64,000 nucleotides of DNA from Octopus sinensis (lineage: Eukaryota): NCBI RefSeq assembly GCF_006345805.1, contig NC_043001.1, positions 67,828,001 to 67,892,000 of the forward strand, in the 5' to 3' direction. The translations under genes and the position numbers were made by a program. Below, one piece after another: positions 39,189-53,140 of the stretch (the first letter of the stretch is position 1; every line of letters starts with the position of its first letter). The notes below the pieces were generated by a model that saw nothing but the letters and a program-made list of their open reading frames with translations, ran no database searches and was not told the origin of the DNA.

Positions 39189-39849
39189 ATGATGATGAGT
39201 GCCCGTATTTCGCCCGAAGTTATAAAACCGTTTTGCGGCGACACGGATGTAGTCGTTTGGCTGAAGAAAGTGAAGTTGGTGGCGAAGCTCCATGGTATAG
39301 GTGACCTGGCGAGCTTCGTGCCGCTGTACTTGGATGGTCCGGCGTTGGCGTTGTATTTAGAGATGGAAGAGACAGACCAACTTAGCGCGGAGAAAGTGGA
39401 AGTCCGGTTGATGGAGGCCTTTGCGGAGGGAATGTTCGAGGCATACGCTCGCCTGGGTAGAACAAGATGGACTGGGCAACAGGTGGACGTGTTTACCAAT
39501 GAACTTAGGAGATTGGCTAAACTGGCGGGTTACGAGGGAGAGTCGCTGGACCGGACGGTTAGGTTGGCGTTCGTGACTGGCTTTCCCGACAACATGTCGG
39601 TCGACTGCAACATCGAAAAGTGGCCCAGCTAGGAGCAGCGGAGAGGGGCTAAAGAAAGAACATGTGCGACCGTTCAAAGGACAGTGTTTCCGGTGCCAAG
39701 GTCCACACATGGTGCGTGACTGCGTGTTACCCAAGCCTGAGGTGATTTGCTACCGTTGTCGAGAGCCGGGGCATATAGCCAGCGAGTGTCTGCGGGGAAA
39801 CGGACTGCGGGAGACTACTGCGCCGGTAGTTGTCTTTTCGGATCAGTAG
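39189..39849 (+). pseudogene. gag: Gypsy gag, one in-frame stop at 39630-32
   Basis: CFRCQGPHMVRDC and CYRCREPGHIASEC knuckles. Confidence 0.85.
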
Positions 39850-42690
39850 AGGCGCGCTTATCGTCGCTCCCTGTGGTCGACATTCTGGTGGAAGGGAAGA
39901 TGTCGCGAGCCCTTGTGGACACGGGCTGTACAACAACCCTGATGACTACAGAAGTGGCAGAGACGTGGAGTGGAGGAAGCAGTGTTAGAGCTGTCGACGG
40001 AAGAGAAGTACACTGCGAAGGGGTTACAGATGCGCGGATTGTGGTGCAGGAACTACAGCTGACGCTGCGAGCGATTGTGGTTGGTCACTTGGTGGACGAG
40101 ATCGACGTGGTGATGGGGATGGATGCAATCACCCGCTTGGGAGGTGTCACCGTTAACGAGGCTGGTGTAACATTTGGGTTAGCGGGGAAACCGTGTAGGG
40201 CGAGACCATGCACCGGCGACAGCCGTGAGGAAAAGCATGCTGCGCACACCATTGAAGACCAGGATTTTCGGGCTGTCTTTGATGGCAAGAGGTGGACAGT
40301 GGAGTGGCACTGGAAGGGAGAGCCCCCGATGTTAAAGAATAAAGTGGGCTGCTATCAGCATACTCTAAAAGGAGATGCCAGAAGTGAGTTCGAGGGGGAG
40401 GTGGAGCGGTGGATTAAGGAGGGCATATTGATCCCTTGGGAAAAAGAAGAGAGCGGAGTCCTGCCACTGATGGCGGTGATACAGCCCACAAAGCATAAGG
40501 TCAGGCCAGTGCTTGACTTCCGAGAGCTGAATGACCACGTATCGTGTTATACAGGTGGCGAGGCCACATATGTATGCGGAGACACCTTGCGAGAGTGGAG
40601 GCAGATGACAGGGGCCTCCACGATTGTTGATTTGAAGTCGGCATACCTACAGGTGCATGTGGCTGAGAAATTGTGGAAGTACCAGCTCGTCAGATATAAG
40701 GGCCGGACGTACTGTCTGACCAGGTTGGGGCTTGGGCTGAACTCAGCGCCAAAGATTATGGCAACAATTCTCAAGGCCATCCTGGGAAAGGTGGACAGAG
40801 TAAAAAGGGCCACCAATTCGTATATCGATGACATTCTAGTGGATGAAACCGTAATACCAGCAACGGATGTCATAGGCCACCTGAAGAGTTTTGGACTGAT
40901 CGCCAAGCCACCAGAGGCAATGGAGGGAGGTGCTGCACTGGGCCTCAAGCAATGGAAAGACAAGGCCGGCGCGTTGGTGTTCCGGCGAGGGAATGAGGTC
41001 CCTGAACTGGGCGCCAGCATGAGTAGACGAGAACCGTTCTCTGTGTGTGGGAAGCTGGTGGGACACTACCCGATTGCAGGTTGGCTCCGGACAGCATATA
41101 GCTTCATCAACACATGAGCCGAAGGAGTGAAGTGGAATGATAGAGTGGGGGAGAAGACGATCGACATGATGCAGGAAGTCTTGGTCAGAGTAGGAGCAGA
41201 GGTCCCAGTGAGGGGCAGCTGGTATGTTCCCAAATTAAAGAGCGGGATTGTACGGTGTGACGCCAGTAGCATCGCAACAGGGGTTGTCTTAGAAGTGGGA
41301 GGCGTCATGGTGGAAGATGCATCCTGGCTCAGGAAGACAGATGATTGCAATCATATCAATGTGGCGGAGTTGGATGGCGTGTTGAAGGGGGTGAACCTAG
41401 CCTTGAAGTGGGGATTGCACACCATATAAATCAGGACTGGTTCGGCCACTGTACTTGGTTGGGTGACAGCAGTCATCACCAATGAGCGGAGGGTGAGGAC
41501 CAAAGGGGCTGCAAAGATGCTGGTAAAGCGTCGATTGGGAATACTGCGTGAACTAACCACTGAGTTCAATCTGAAGCTGAGCGTGATCTTTGTGCCTTCC
41601 GAGAAGAACAGGGCAGACGTCCTGACCAGGGTAAAGCGAGCCTGGTTGCAGGTGCCAGAGGATGCGAAGCAGGCTGTAGCTGCAGTATGCCGTCTGAGTG
41701 ACTCGGAGTTGCGGAGACTGCATACAATGCATCACGTGGGTGTGGACAGGATATTGTTCCTAGCCAGAAAAGTTGACTCCGATGTAACAAGAAAGAGCGT
41801 GCAGAGAGTGGTTAGCAGTTGTGACAGGTGCCAGTCCATGACCCTGCTCCGGGCGTACATGAAGCGGGAAGTATTCCAGTGGACCATGACTGGAAACGAC
41901 TGGCGGTGGACATAACACACTACCGGCAGGGGACATACCTCTCAATGGTTGACTGCGGACCGGGGCGGTTGGCCATATGGAGGGAGATGAAGACGGGGAC
42001 CGCAGAAGAAATTGTGAAAGTGTTGAATGAGATATTCCTGGAACGAGGCCCCGTTGATGAACTGCTTCTGGATAATGGCACTGCCTTTTGCTCGGATGTG
42101 CTGAAAGGAATGATTAATGGGTGGAAGGTCAATCGCTTCTTCAGGGCGGCATACCGGCCAAGTGGAAATGGGGTGGTGGAAAGGCATCATCGTACCATCA
42201 AGGCCATGGCAGAGAGGGGTCACATTTCACCAATCGAGGCTGTATTTTGGTACAATATGTCGCCCAGATCAGGACAAGCTGAGGAGTCGGTGCCACACAG
42301 GGCAATATTCAGGTACGAGTGGAGGCATCTGTGTACTGCATCAATGCGACCCGGGGCAGAGGAAGAGCACGCCTTCGTGCAGGTCGGGGAAGAAGTTTGG
42401 GTAAACCCCCAAATGTACGGTGTACATCACAATGGGGAAAGGGGACAATAACCTCTGTAAATTCAAAGAATAACATCTCGGTCGATGGTATGCCACGCCA
42501 CGTTTTGGATATACGGAGGATTGTCCATGCCTCAGAGGATGGGACCAGCAGCAGTGGGCAAGATGAAAACAACACCAGTAGACAGGATGATGAGGCCAGT
42601 AGCAACATACCAGGAACCAGTCCTAGGGTCGCACTGCGACCACAGAGGGAACGGCACCCTCCTCCTTGGTTGGCTGATTATGAAACCAGT
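39795..42690 (+). pseudogene. pol: Gypsy pol (PR-RT-RH-IN) with stops and frameshifts
   Basis: ORFs 39747-41117, 41127-41429, 41463-41915, 41828-42451 and 42319-42693 are collinear pol pieces. Confidence 0.9.
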
Positions 42691-43683
42691 TAAGGTGCGA
42701 GTTCGGGAGCGGGGAGCGAGTGAGAAAGCCGGTTCAGTGATCTTTAGATCAGTGGGGCGTGTGGTGTCGGTGGAGAGGACGACAGATAGGAGAGGGCGGA
42801 AGTAGGGCTTGCAGGTCGCATGCGCGGCAGGAAGCGGAAGCGGTGAGGGACGACGCACATGTGGCATCAACGAAGCGGCAGTGGGAGCTGAGACGAGGAA
42901 GCGACGAGACGCATTGACTTTGTTGAGAGAGATCTGATCTTCGCTGAGTTTGGTAGACTAATCTTCGCCGAGGTAAGACCTAATTATATTTGCTTTCTCA
43001 TTTTCTGTTGTCTTCTTCATCATTCACACCACACATACTAAGTGTTGAAACTTTCCACATTCTCCACTCGTTCACACATATATTCACACTCAATTTAACT
43101 CAGCCGAGCTTTCGTACAACCCACTTAATAATCGCTCATACTTCGACTTCGTCTCACGCCCAACTTACCCCACCATATTCACAGGCTTACACACATCAAT
43201 ATACATACATTAATCTTACTAAACACACACGTAAACACCATTTCTCATACGTTTGCTATGAAGCGCATAGAATTTCTAACACATGCAGATACAAATTCAC
43301 CGTATGTACCTTCTTGGCTCAGCTTCATTGGATGGCATTCTCTGTATGTATGTATGTATGTATGTATGTATGTATGTATGTATGTATCATTGAACTACAT
43401 ATGTGTTTGCCTTTAATTTCGTTTGTTTACTTCTATATTCAGTAAATTACTCTATTATCTTTACAATAATATATAAATTATTGTTAGTAATTTTATGTAT
43501 TTCTTTATTAATTTATTGTTCCAATGTCAAACAGCCTTTGTCAAGAATAACAAACACTACACACATCGCATCTTTATCTATTCTTTCAATTTTGATTTTC
43601 GCTTTACTCTTCACTCGTTTCTTCTCTTTCCCTGTTCCACCTCAGCTTCAATCATTCCTCAATGCATTTTATTTACACCCACC

Positions 43684-44010
<327 letters not shown>

Positions 44011-44139
44011 TGTCTTCCACATGTATGACAAATGTGAGAACAATACTTGAAAGGTAGAGTTTAATTACAACATATATGGAACGGTTTGAAATTTTGATTG
44101 CCAACAGCCTCTCCTCCGTTGTTTAATAAGTACCGTTTC

Positions 44140-44505
44140 ACTTCTTTGTCTTACTTCTTTTAGACTGTGGCCATGCTGCAGCATCGTCCTGAAGAATTTT
44201 AGTCGAACGAATCGACCACAGTAGTTTAATTTTTGTGAGCCTGGTGCCTTGTTACTGAACCGCTAACTTACGGGGACGGAGACTCACAAGTACCAGTTGT
44301 CAAGCGGTTGTGGATGACACTCACACACATGCACACAAACACACGCACACACATACACACACATACACATGTATATGACGGGCTTCTTTCAGTTTCCATC
44401 GACCAAATCCCCTCACAAAGCTTTGGTCGGCTCGACGCTTTAGACACTACGCAGTGGACTGAACCCGAAACTATGTGGTCGGGAAACAAAAGTTCTTACC
44501 ACACA
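44140..44505 (-). mobile_element. tRNA-derived SINE, near full length
   Basis: Head homologous to 6520-6635, internal (CA)n spacer, and a 3' part homologous to the reverse complement of 59470-59680. Confidence 0.8.
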
Positions 44506-45130
44506 GCTCTTACTCTTCGCACCGGCCCCACCTTTACCCGTCTCCCGTTTCCCCTCACCACCACACCTCCACCCTATCCCTCCAACGCACCATTCTCCGA
44601 GTCTTCCGATGACTTCAGTCCGATCCCTCCAGCTCGCACATCTTACCTAACCCACCCCTTCCCTCCTTCATCGAGCCCTTAACCTGCGTGACCTCTTGGT
44701 CCACAGTTTCTTCCTTACCCTTGCCTCTCAGCTTAGCTCCTTCCCCTGCTCTCGCCCACGCTATCGCATCAGTCCCTACCTCTCCAACACCACTATTCTT
44801 ACTAGCACTCACCACTGTCCCTATCACACCACCGACTCCTTTACCTGCACTTCCATTAATGTTATTTACTGCATCCCCTGCTCTCTCTATCCTTCCCAGT
44901 ACATTGGTCAAACGGGAGGTTGCTTGGCTGACATGTTCGCAGAGCACCTCCGAGATATCAGACTCGGCAATGACACCTTGGTCTCGCGCCACTTCCGCTC
45001 TACCGGTCATTCGCTACATCTGTCTATGATCGGACTGTCTCTGCACAAGGAACACCGGACTCTTGCGTTCACTGTGAACAGAAATTAATCTTCTGCCTTC
45101 GTTCCTTTGAGCTATATGAGCTCAGCTCAC
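44506..45130 (+). mobile_element. 5'-truncated Penelope (Neptune-like) GIY-YIG fragment
   Basis: FTCTSINVIYCIPC...YIGQT...FAEHLRDIR...VSRHF (44696-45088), followed by a CA-rich tail to about 45950. Confidence 0.85.
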
Positions 45131-45895
45131 TACCTCTCTTCATCTGACACCACCCCACACAAATTCCCACACGTCTCCTACATTCAACTGCCTCACCCCA
45201 CTTACACACTTGTATACCACCTATTTCAGTACCCTCACCTCACACACAAACATCAAAATACAAACACCCAAACACATTGTTCAATTCATTACTCACTTCA
45301 CACACCATTGCACTCACTCACAGACACCTTTCCACTCCGCACACACTAGCACCCAACACTTCTCAGCACCCACACCACACACCATTATCAACACATTCAC
45401 TCACCGTTATCTACAGACCCCACCCACACTCTTCAATTGCGTCACCACACATACCACTATACGAACACCTCTACATACTGTTCAACTCAGTACATACATC
45501 ACAAACCATCATGCATACTCCCACACCCACACAAGCGTATATTTGCTGAACACAGACATTATATACAAACACACACGCAACGTTCATAGACACATAAATT
45601 TTGTTCACAAACATACACTATACACCTGCACACTATATGGTCACACTCATATACACACATACACACGTGCACACACCACCTGAGCAAGCACATATCAACT
45701 GCTAAACACAAGCGTCTGCAAACGCACGCACGCAGGCGCACACGCACGCATACACACACACGTTAGCTTCACACATATACACATGTTCATACGTGCGCGC
45801 GCGTAAACTCATACAAATATACAAAACGCACATCACTCAACGCAACACATACACTAGGTTACTTGTACATACACACACACACCCAGGCCAATATG

Positions 45896-45949
<54 letters not shown>

Positions 45950-46459
45950 CACACACATATATAAATACATACTCTGTATGTCTGGACAGTTTTACAAATT
46001 TTTACAGTTCCAGTGATGACTTGGATCTGTAGTTTTCGAATCAGCTTTGTGTCTGTACGCGTGTATGTATGTATGTATGTATGTATGTAGTATGTATGTA
46101 TGTATGTATGTATGTATGTATGTATGTATGTATGGGTGTGTGTGTGTGTGCGTAAGCGCAAGTGCATGCCAGTATATATGTTTATATATGTTTTTTTTTG
46201 CTTGGTCATTGTAAAATATCTATATAATAACAGTATATTCAATGACTATGGCTATACAGTTGGAAAACATCTTTAAGTAAGAAGAAAGATTGTGAAATGC
46301 TACAAGAATATTATTTCTGAAGACCATTGTTTCTTTTTCGTTATTGTTTACGGCTTTATGTGTGTTCTTCGAGGGATAAAAAAGAATTATATGTACAAGG
46401 TAGAACAGGTAAATTATCGCTATTTAATATTAAAAATTTTGCGCATGCGCATTGTTTGT

Positions 46460-47510
46460 TTTTGATTTTGTCGACTACACAGTATAGTAGGCTCAGATGT
46501 GCACCGCCTGTGAAGAAAGTAACACAATGACGCAATTCACTCTGCCAGAAATTTGAAAACGACATGCCGTACTGCTTGGCATTCACGCTGGAAGCTCCAA
46601 TGCGAACATTTCAGAATGTTTGAGTGTCAATCTGAGGATAGTGCAGATGGTTCAGAAGGAGTTGAATAAGTGGTGATTACGAAGGTACGGCAGCTCAGAA
46701 AACTCACTCTGATCGTTGTGATAAGAAAACAACTCTTGAATTTGCTGGTGAGATTCAGGCCATTATTGACAATGATCCCTCCAAGTCAATCAGGCCCATC
46801 GCCAGGGACATTTGAGTGTCTAAGTGTCTTATCAGGCAGTGCCTGAAGGCATTCGGTATTACTCATGCAAGATGAGAAAGGGACATTTTTTTATCCCAAG
46901 CCATCAAGGGCAAGAGGAAAGACCGCGCAACGAAGCTTTCGAAGAAACTCAAGCATCCCCTCCAACCGAACATACTTTGGTTTTTCTCAGACGAGAAAAA
47001 TTTCTGCCAAGATCAGATGGTGAACACACAAAACAACCGTTGACTTGCCGTATCTCCGCCCTAAAATGTACCGAGAGTGATAAAAATAAAACATCCGGTC
47101 AACACCATGATATTTGGAGTGATCACTAGTGATGGCGACGTTATGCCTCCATTCATCTCCATTCATCACACGGCCTCACACTCAACACGGAGGCCTACAT
47201 CAAGCGCCTGGAGGAGGTAGTGCTGTTCTGGGAAAAGAGAGTGGCTGCTGGAAGACCAAATATCTGGCAACAGGATTCTGCACCATGCCACACATGTAGG
47301 AAAACCCAGTCATGGCTGTCAGACAATTTCTATGACCACATCACTCTAAAATCTGGCCACCTAACTGCCATGGCTGCAACCCACTTGATTATTATGTGTG
47401 GGGCGCAGTTGTAACACCAAAGATGAACTGAAGGCAAGGATCATGACAGAATGCACCAACTTAAACAAGGAGACCATCCAGAAGAGTTGCATGAGATTCC
47501 AAAGTCGTCT
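46460..47510 (+). mobile_element. maT/DD37D-type Tc1/mariner transposase pseudogene
   Basis: FSDEKNFCQDQMVNTQNNR, FGVITSDGDVMPPF, WQQDSAPCHT and a decayed NPLDYYVWG. TIRs not resolved. Confidence 0.8.
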
Positions 47511-47722
47511 GTAGTTTATCTCGCCCCCTCTGACTTTTAGTTCATGCAACTGAAAAAACCGCATTATTTATAGGATGACCCAATAAATATATTGGAGCAT
47601 ATATGTTTACAGATATATATGTATAAGTAAACAGGCAAATACACACACGCGCGCGCACCCCACTCCCCGCACACACAGAGTTTACCAAGATATTGTGTGC
47701 AATAATTATATATATATATATA

Positions 47723-49325
47723 CAGTGGCGGCCAAAATGTTCAGAACGGCATTGTTTTCGTCAGAAAAGTAACTATAAGTTTTTATCAAAGTAGTTTTAC
47801 ATTCTATAATTTTCACAGGCAATAAACACGATATTATTGTTATTGTCTGAGATTTTGGTGTAATTTGAGAGGATAATACAAAAGTTATGGATGATTTAGT
47901 GATTTACTGCAAAACCCATGGCGGCCAAAATGATCAGAACGGTTGCTTTTACTCCGTGTTTTAGTAATTTTAATCGGCGAACTCTAATGTTTTGAATTTG
48001 TTTACGTGACGGTTCGTTTACTAAACATTAGTAAGAATATTTGCAGTGTACTTTGTTAATATAATGCCACTTACTCCGTTACCAATTCGTCAGCAGATTA
48101 TTAAGCTTCGAAGGAAGGATAATTTAAGTATTGGATCTATTGCAAAGATTGTTAACAAGTCAAAAAGTGTTGTACACGGTATTCTCAAGGTCTACGATGA
48201 TTGTGGTTCGTGTGAAGCAAGAAAGTTTACAGGTAGGCCAAGAAAAACGACCAAGAGAGAAGATCGTGCTATGGTTAAGTTGGTTAAAAAGGACAGATTT
48301 AAAACTGTTGCTGCTGTTTCTCGGAAAATGAGCATTGTATTGAAGAAAACTTTATCTCGAAAAACTGTGTCTCGTCGTTTAGTTGAACATGACCTACAAG
48401 CAAGAGCACCTGCAGTGAAGCCACTGATCAGCTCCAAGAATAAAAAGTGTCGTCTTACCTTTGCAACCGAACATGTGTTGTGGTCTCAAGAAAAATGGCA
48501 AACGGTGCATTTCAGTGATGAATCTAAGTTTATGTTATTTGGCTCAGATGGGAAAAGTAGGTGAAAAATTGTCGCCTAAATGCCTTAAGACTAGTGTTAA
48601 ATTCGGTGGAGGAAGTGTCATGGTTTGAGGGATGATATCTGGAGATGGTGTGGGCCCTTTGGTGCGATTACATGGAAAGGTAAATGCAGGAGTTTATAAA
48701 GCACTTGTAAAAGATCATGTCTTGCCTGTGCTGAGAAATTCAACTAAGCGACCACCCATAATCATGCAGGACAATACCCTATGTCACAAGGCTAAGGTGG
48801 TCATGAACTTCCTCAAGGATGAAAAGGTTATTGTTATGGATTGGCCTGCTCAAAGCCCAGATCTCAATCCTATTGAAAATGTATGGAATATTCTAGGAGA
48901 ACGTTCGAAAGCCAGAAATCCTAAAACAACTGAGCAATTCTGGAATGCCCTTCAGGAAGAATGGAATAAGATCACCCAGCAAGAAATTGAAAATTTAATT
49001 TCCTCATGCAGTCGAAGATGTCAGCGTGTGATTGAAGCTAAAGGGCTTCACACTAAATATTAAATAATTCCAGTATTCTCTGTCATTTTTGATTATTTTG
49101 TTATTTTTTCAACCGTTCTGATAATTTTGGCCGCCATGGGTTTTGCAGTAAATCAGTAAATCATCCATAACTTTTGTACTATCCGCTCAAATTAAACCAA
49201 AATCTCAGAATTAATATTGTATTTATTGTCTGTGAAAATTATAGAATATAAAACTACTTTGATAAAAACTTATAGTTACTTTTCTGACGAAAACAATGCC
49301 GTTCTGAACATTTTGGCCGCCACTG
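47723..49325 (+). mobile_element. Complete Tc1-type IR/DR transposon (1603 bp, DD34E), defective transposase
   Basis: About 220-bp TIRs (47723-47945 and 49110-49325), each with outer and inner TGGCGGCCAAAATG.TCAGAACGG repeats, flanked by TA. Transposase at 48064-49063 with GRPRK, FSDESKF and QDN-x34-E. A small deletion near 48560 and a TGA near 48627 break it. Confidence 0.96.
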
Positions 49326-49330
49326 TATAT

Positions 49331-49402
<72 letters not shown>

Positions 49403-49455
49403 CATACATACACATACATACATACATATATATATATATGTGCGTGTGTGTGCGT

Positions 49456-49496
<41 letters not shown>

Positions 49497-49774
49497 TGTA
49501 TGTGTGTGTTACAATTGCACAAAATTTCGTCATAATTTTGTCTGATCGCATTACTAGTTTTTTTCTTTATGACGCCACCGCCGGTTATGAATTAGCACTT
49601 TATTGTGTCGGTTATTATTCTGATTCATATAGCTTGGAGACGTTTGCATTGAAGTGAAAATCACAAATGAAGGTAAGTACAAGTGACATCCGTTTTTTGT
49701 TCAAATTTCTTGAATTTGCCACCCTAATACATTAAATAAGACACAAAGACACGCACACACACATACACACACAT

Positions 49775-49940
49775 ATGTACTCACGGGCTTCTGTCAGTTT
49801 CCGTCTACCATATCCATTCACAAGTCTGGTCGGCACGAGTTTGTAGTAGAAGACACTTGTCCAAAGAACCACGCAGTGAAACTGAACTCAAATCAATGTT
49901 GTCGGGAAGCAAGCGTCTTAGCACAGAGTCACCCCTGCGC
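49775..49940 (-). mobile_element. tRNA-derived SINE, 5' part
   Basis: Homologous to 6520-6635 and 44370-44505. Confidence 0.7.
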
Positions 49941-49977
49941 ATGTGTGTATATCTTAAAGTATATACGTATGTATTTT

Positions 49978-50020
<43 letters not shown>

Positions 50021-50109
50021 TCATGTATATGTATATATATGTATATATATATATATATGTGTGTGTGTGTATGTGTATATTTATGTGTGTGTATCTATAT
50101 ATGTATGCA

Positions 50110-50260
50110 CTTTCAATGCTACTGGTAACATGTAACTCAGTATAAACTGTCGCATGGTTGGGCTGCGGGCGACTAACCTGGCAATCCTTACGTGATTTTC
50201 ATTGTATACCCTAAAAGATGAAAGACAAAACCTTTCAAAGGATGGATGAATTCAGTAGAA
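50110..50260 (+). repeat. Decayed copy of the RTE 5' terminal segment
   Basis: Aligns by eye to 13428-13600 (GGTAACATGTAAC...GCATGGT...GGCGACTAA). Confidence 0.65.
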
Positions 50261-52939
50261 TTAATGGCCTTTAGACAGCTTGGAGTGAGATCCCTAGTCT
50301 TTGTTTTGACATCTCTGCAGGTTTAGGAAAACTTTAATGTAACAACTGCAGCTTTGTTTGCATCCAGTAATATAGACTTGGTCTTCTTTTTGAGCAAATG
50401 CATTCGTTTAGAGAGTAGGATTGACTCTCTGTGCAAAGTATTTCTTCATTTTATAAAAGATTCAGTCACAGCCATCGCTTTTTTTAAAATAACAACTTTA
50501 TTATATGTGGCATCAATTATTTAATTATTCATAGGAAAAAAATCATTCATGGGTATTAAGTAGACAATAAATAGAGAAAGTTAGAAACAACTTCTCACAA
50601 AACTGATCTTCAGAGTTCTGTGTAATACATGAGGTTGTTCTATTCAGGAGTATCCCAGCTTTTACAACATTTAGTCAAAACTTCAGGAACCTTCAGCAGA
50701 ATTACTTGACAGGAAAATTCACAATATAACTTTCTATGGCTATTTGGTTACACACAAGCCGATTTAAATTGGTCGAACCACGTTCACGTTGGCGTTAATG
50801 CCTAATATGGCAACACAGTTAATTTCTCGTAGACAGACTTTGTCTTTTATATTAATACAGCTGGGCCGTTGTCCGAAACTGTGAATCTGAATGAGATTGT
50901 TCAAAAAGGTACACGTACACACACACATATTTAAATATTCACACACACACCATAAACACCCACCCCCACATTTGCACACACAGCTAGCCGTAGCTGAGAA
51001 AGGCAAAACGTGAAAAATTCCATGATGTAATGACGGCGCGTGACAGCGTAGGTGGCAACAATGTGAATGCTTGCCACATCGTTGCCACATCTGTGTAGAA
51101 GGGTTTAGGTACCTAGCAGGATTCATAAGCCATGCCTGTGCTGCTTTAGGGGAACAATCAAGTAATGGCGTTGCTCGAATTCGAGTCATAGCCATCATGT
51201 ATATATATGTATATAGATATAAATATATATACACACACATATATATAAAGATATATACACACACACACATATATATAAAGATATATACACACACACATAT
51301 ATATAAAGATATATACATATGTACATGCATACTATATATATATATAGACGTGCATGTATTTATATATGCATGTGTTTGTGCGTGTGTGTGTGCATATGTA
51401 TGTTTTTATGTATATAAGTATGTTTGTGTGTATATATATATGTGTTTATTATGAATGCATGGTTGTATTCGCATATGTATATTGTTTGTATGTATGTAAT
51501 ATGTGTGCGTGATGTGGTTGTATCTGTAAGTGCGCGCGTGCATGTGTGTGTGTGTGTGTGTTTACTTAATGCTCTTACCTACCTATTTGACAATCACATG
51601 CCATTTGTTAACGTTGATTTCTCTGGTCTGGCATGTCATAATTGTTTTCAAATGTCAGTCGGTCAATGCTCAGTACCGACAGCAATTTGGGAATTGAACG
51701 GGTTGATGGGTGGGTGGGAAGATGGGTGGAAGGGCATTCCTTTATAAGTCGAAAGTATTAAATTCATACAGTCTAGAAACTGAGGTCATGATGATTTAAA
51801 GTTGTTTATTCGATTTTGAAATGTAAATTTCACCCTGGGGCCGTTGGAACTGTAAACATGATGGGTTGTTAAGAAATACCACACGTCACCATTTTTGTGA
51901 CTCCTTTAAGCCTTGTTTTACTAAGAAATATTGAGTTCTTACATTTTTTTTTACTATGAAATATTGGTTTCTAACTGGTAATTTTTCGTTCCGGGTTCAA
52001 ATTCTGCCGAGGCCAAATTCACTTTGCAGCCATCTCGAGGTTAATGAAATAATGAACCATTCAAATACAGGGGTATATTTCATTAGCTGATACTGGTGTC
52101 TCCTCGGCATCTTCATCAAGAGGTTATGGCTGAGATTCCCTAACGAATATGCTTAGTGTTGCGCTTTGAGAAGAGAATAGATAATTCACTTGTTAGGGTT
52201 ATCTAAAGATTTTCTATAGAAATTATAACCAGCATTGATTTTTGTTACGACGTTTCGTAAGTAAGACGCCTATTGTAAACAATAATGGGATCAAAGATGA
52301 AAGCTGGATAATGAGCATATATGCCATATTTCAGAAGATTTTGCTTCTTCATAGGCACCTTACAGGTCATTAATATTTACGTACCAGTTTCCAGCAATGT
52401 GTCTAATATGTAGAATTGGTGCATCCAATAACGTTACACTGCTATATTTAGTGGCTATTTAAGCAATGAGTTTCTGAATAGTCAATGGTTTGGATGGGTG
52501 CTGATGAATATTTTCATGCCATATTTCAGAAGCAAAAACGTACGCCCATGACTAATTTTTCATCTCCGACCTCATCGTTGTTCATATCAGGTGTCTTGGA
52601 TATGAAACGTCGTAACAAAATCACTGCTGGCTATAATATCTATAGAAAATCTGTAGAGATAACCTTAACATGTAATGTAATAGCACTGCCAAGACAACAG
52701 AACACAGTGTTGACTTATAAAAACGTTTAATATACTTCGTAGTATATTATGATTGTATAACGAAATACGGTGTCCCTACAGGTCATTAATTAATAATTAG
52801 TAATAGAGTCTGTTATTGATAATACATTGTAATTCCGAATTTCATGCTTAATTTATAAAAATAACCATTTAAGCAATCATCATACTCACTAAGCTCTCTA
52901 ATATTTTCGTCGTTACAGGGAAATACCGTGACCGTTGGA

Positions 52940-53140
52940 AATATGATTCAGTGAATCCCATTCCAAAGAAAGGTAATCCCTCTGACTCTGCCAACTATCG
53001 TCCTATAGCGTTTACCTCTAACATCACGAGGTGATGGCAACATCCATTAACAATGATGCCTTCACCATCTCAGTGACCTCCAAAATGGCATCCACAATGC
53101 CAGATCCATTGGTGACCTATTGCTTTATGTCACTCACGTT
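52940..53140 (+). pseudogene. Short LINE reverse-transcriptase fragment
   Basis: Manual translation PIPKKGNPSDSANYRPIAFTS, followed by a decayed segment resembling the QxGFR..RS..D.L motif. Confidence 0.6.

Larger units (their letters stand above)
38861..43033 (+). mobile_element. Full-length compact Ty3/Gypsy LTR retrotransposon (4173 bp), inactivated
   Basis: LTRs at 38861-39135 and 42760-43033 (TGTGGTG...CACCACA; 8 substitutions plus 1 indel) and a 5-bp TSD CATAC. Purine-rich tract before the 3' LTR. Domain order gag (two CCHC knuckles), protease (LVDTGC), RT (YIDD), RNase H (DAS...ELDG), integrase (HH-CC, LDNG, VERHHR). Confidence 0.97.

Noticed and set aside
51071-51200. C2H2-like peptide PHRCHICVEGFRYLAGFISH
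   Set aside because: The second His is missing, it is a single isolated finger with no linker, there is an upstream stop and no credible splice sites.
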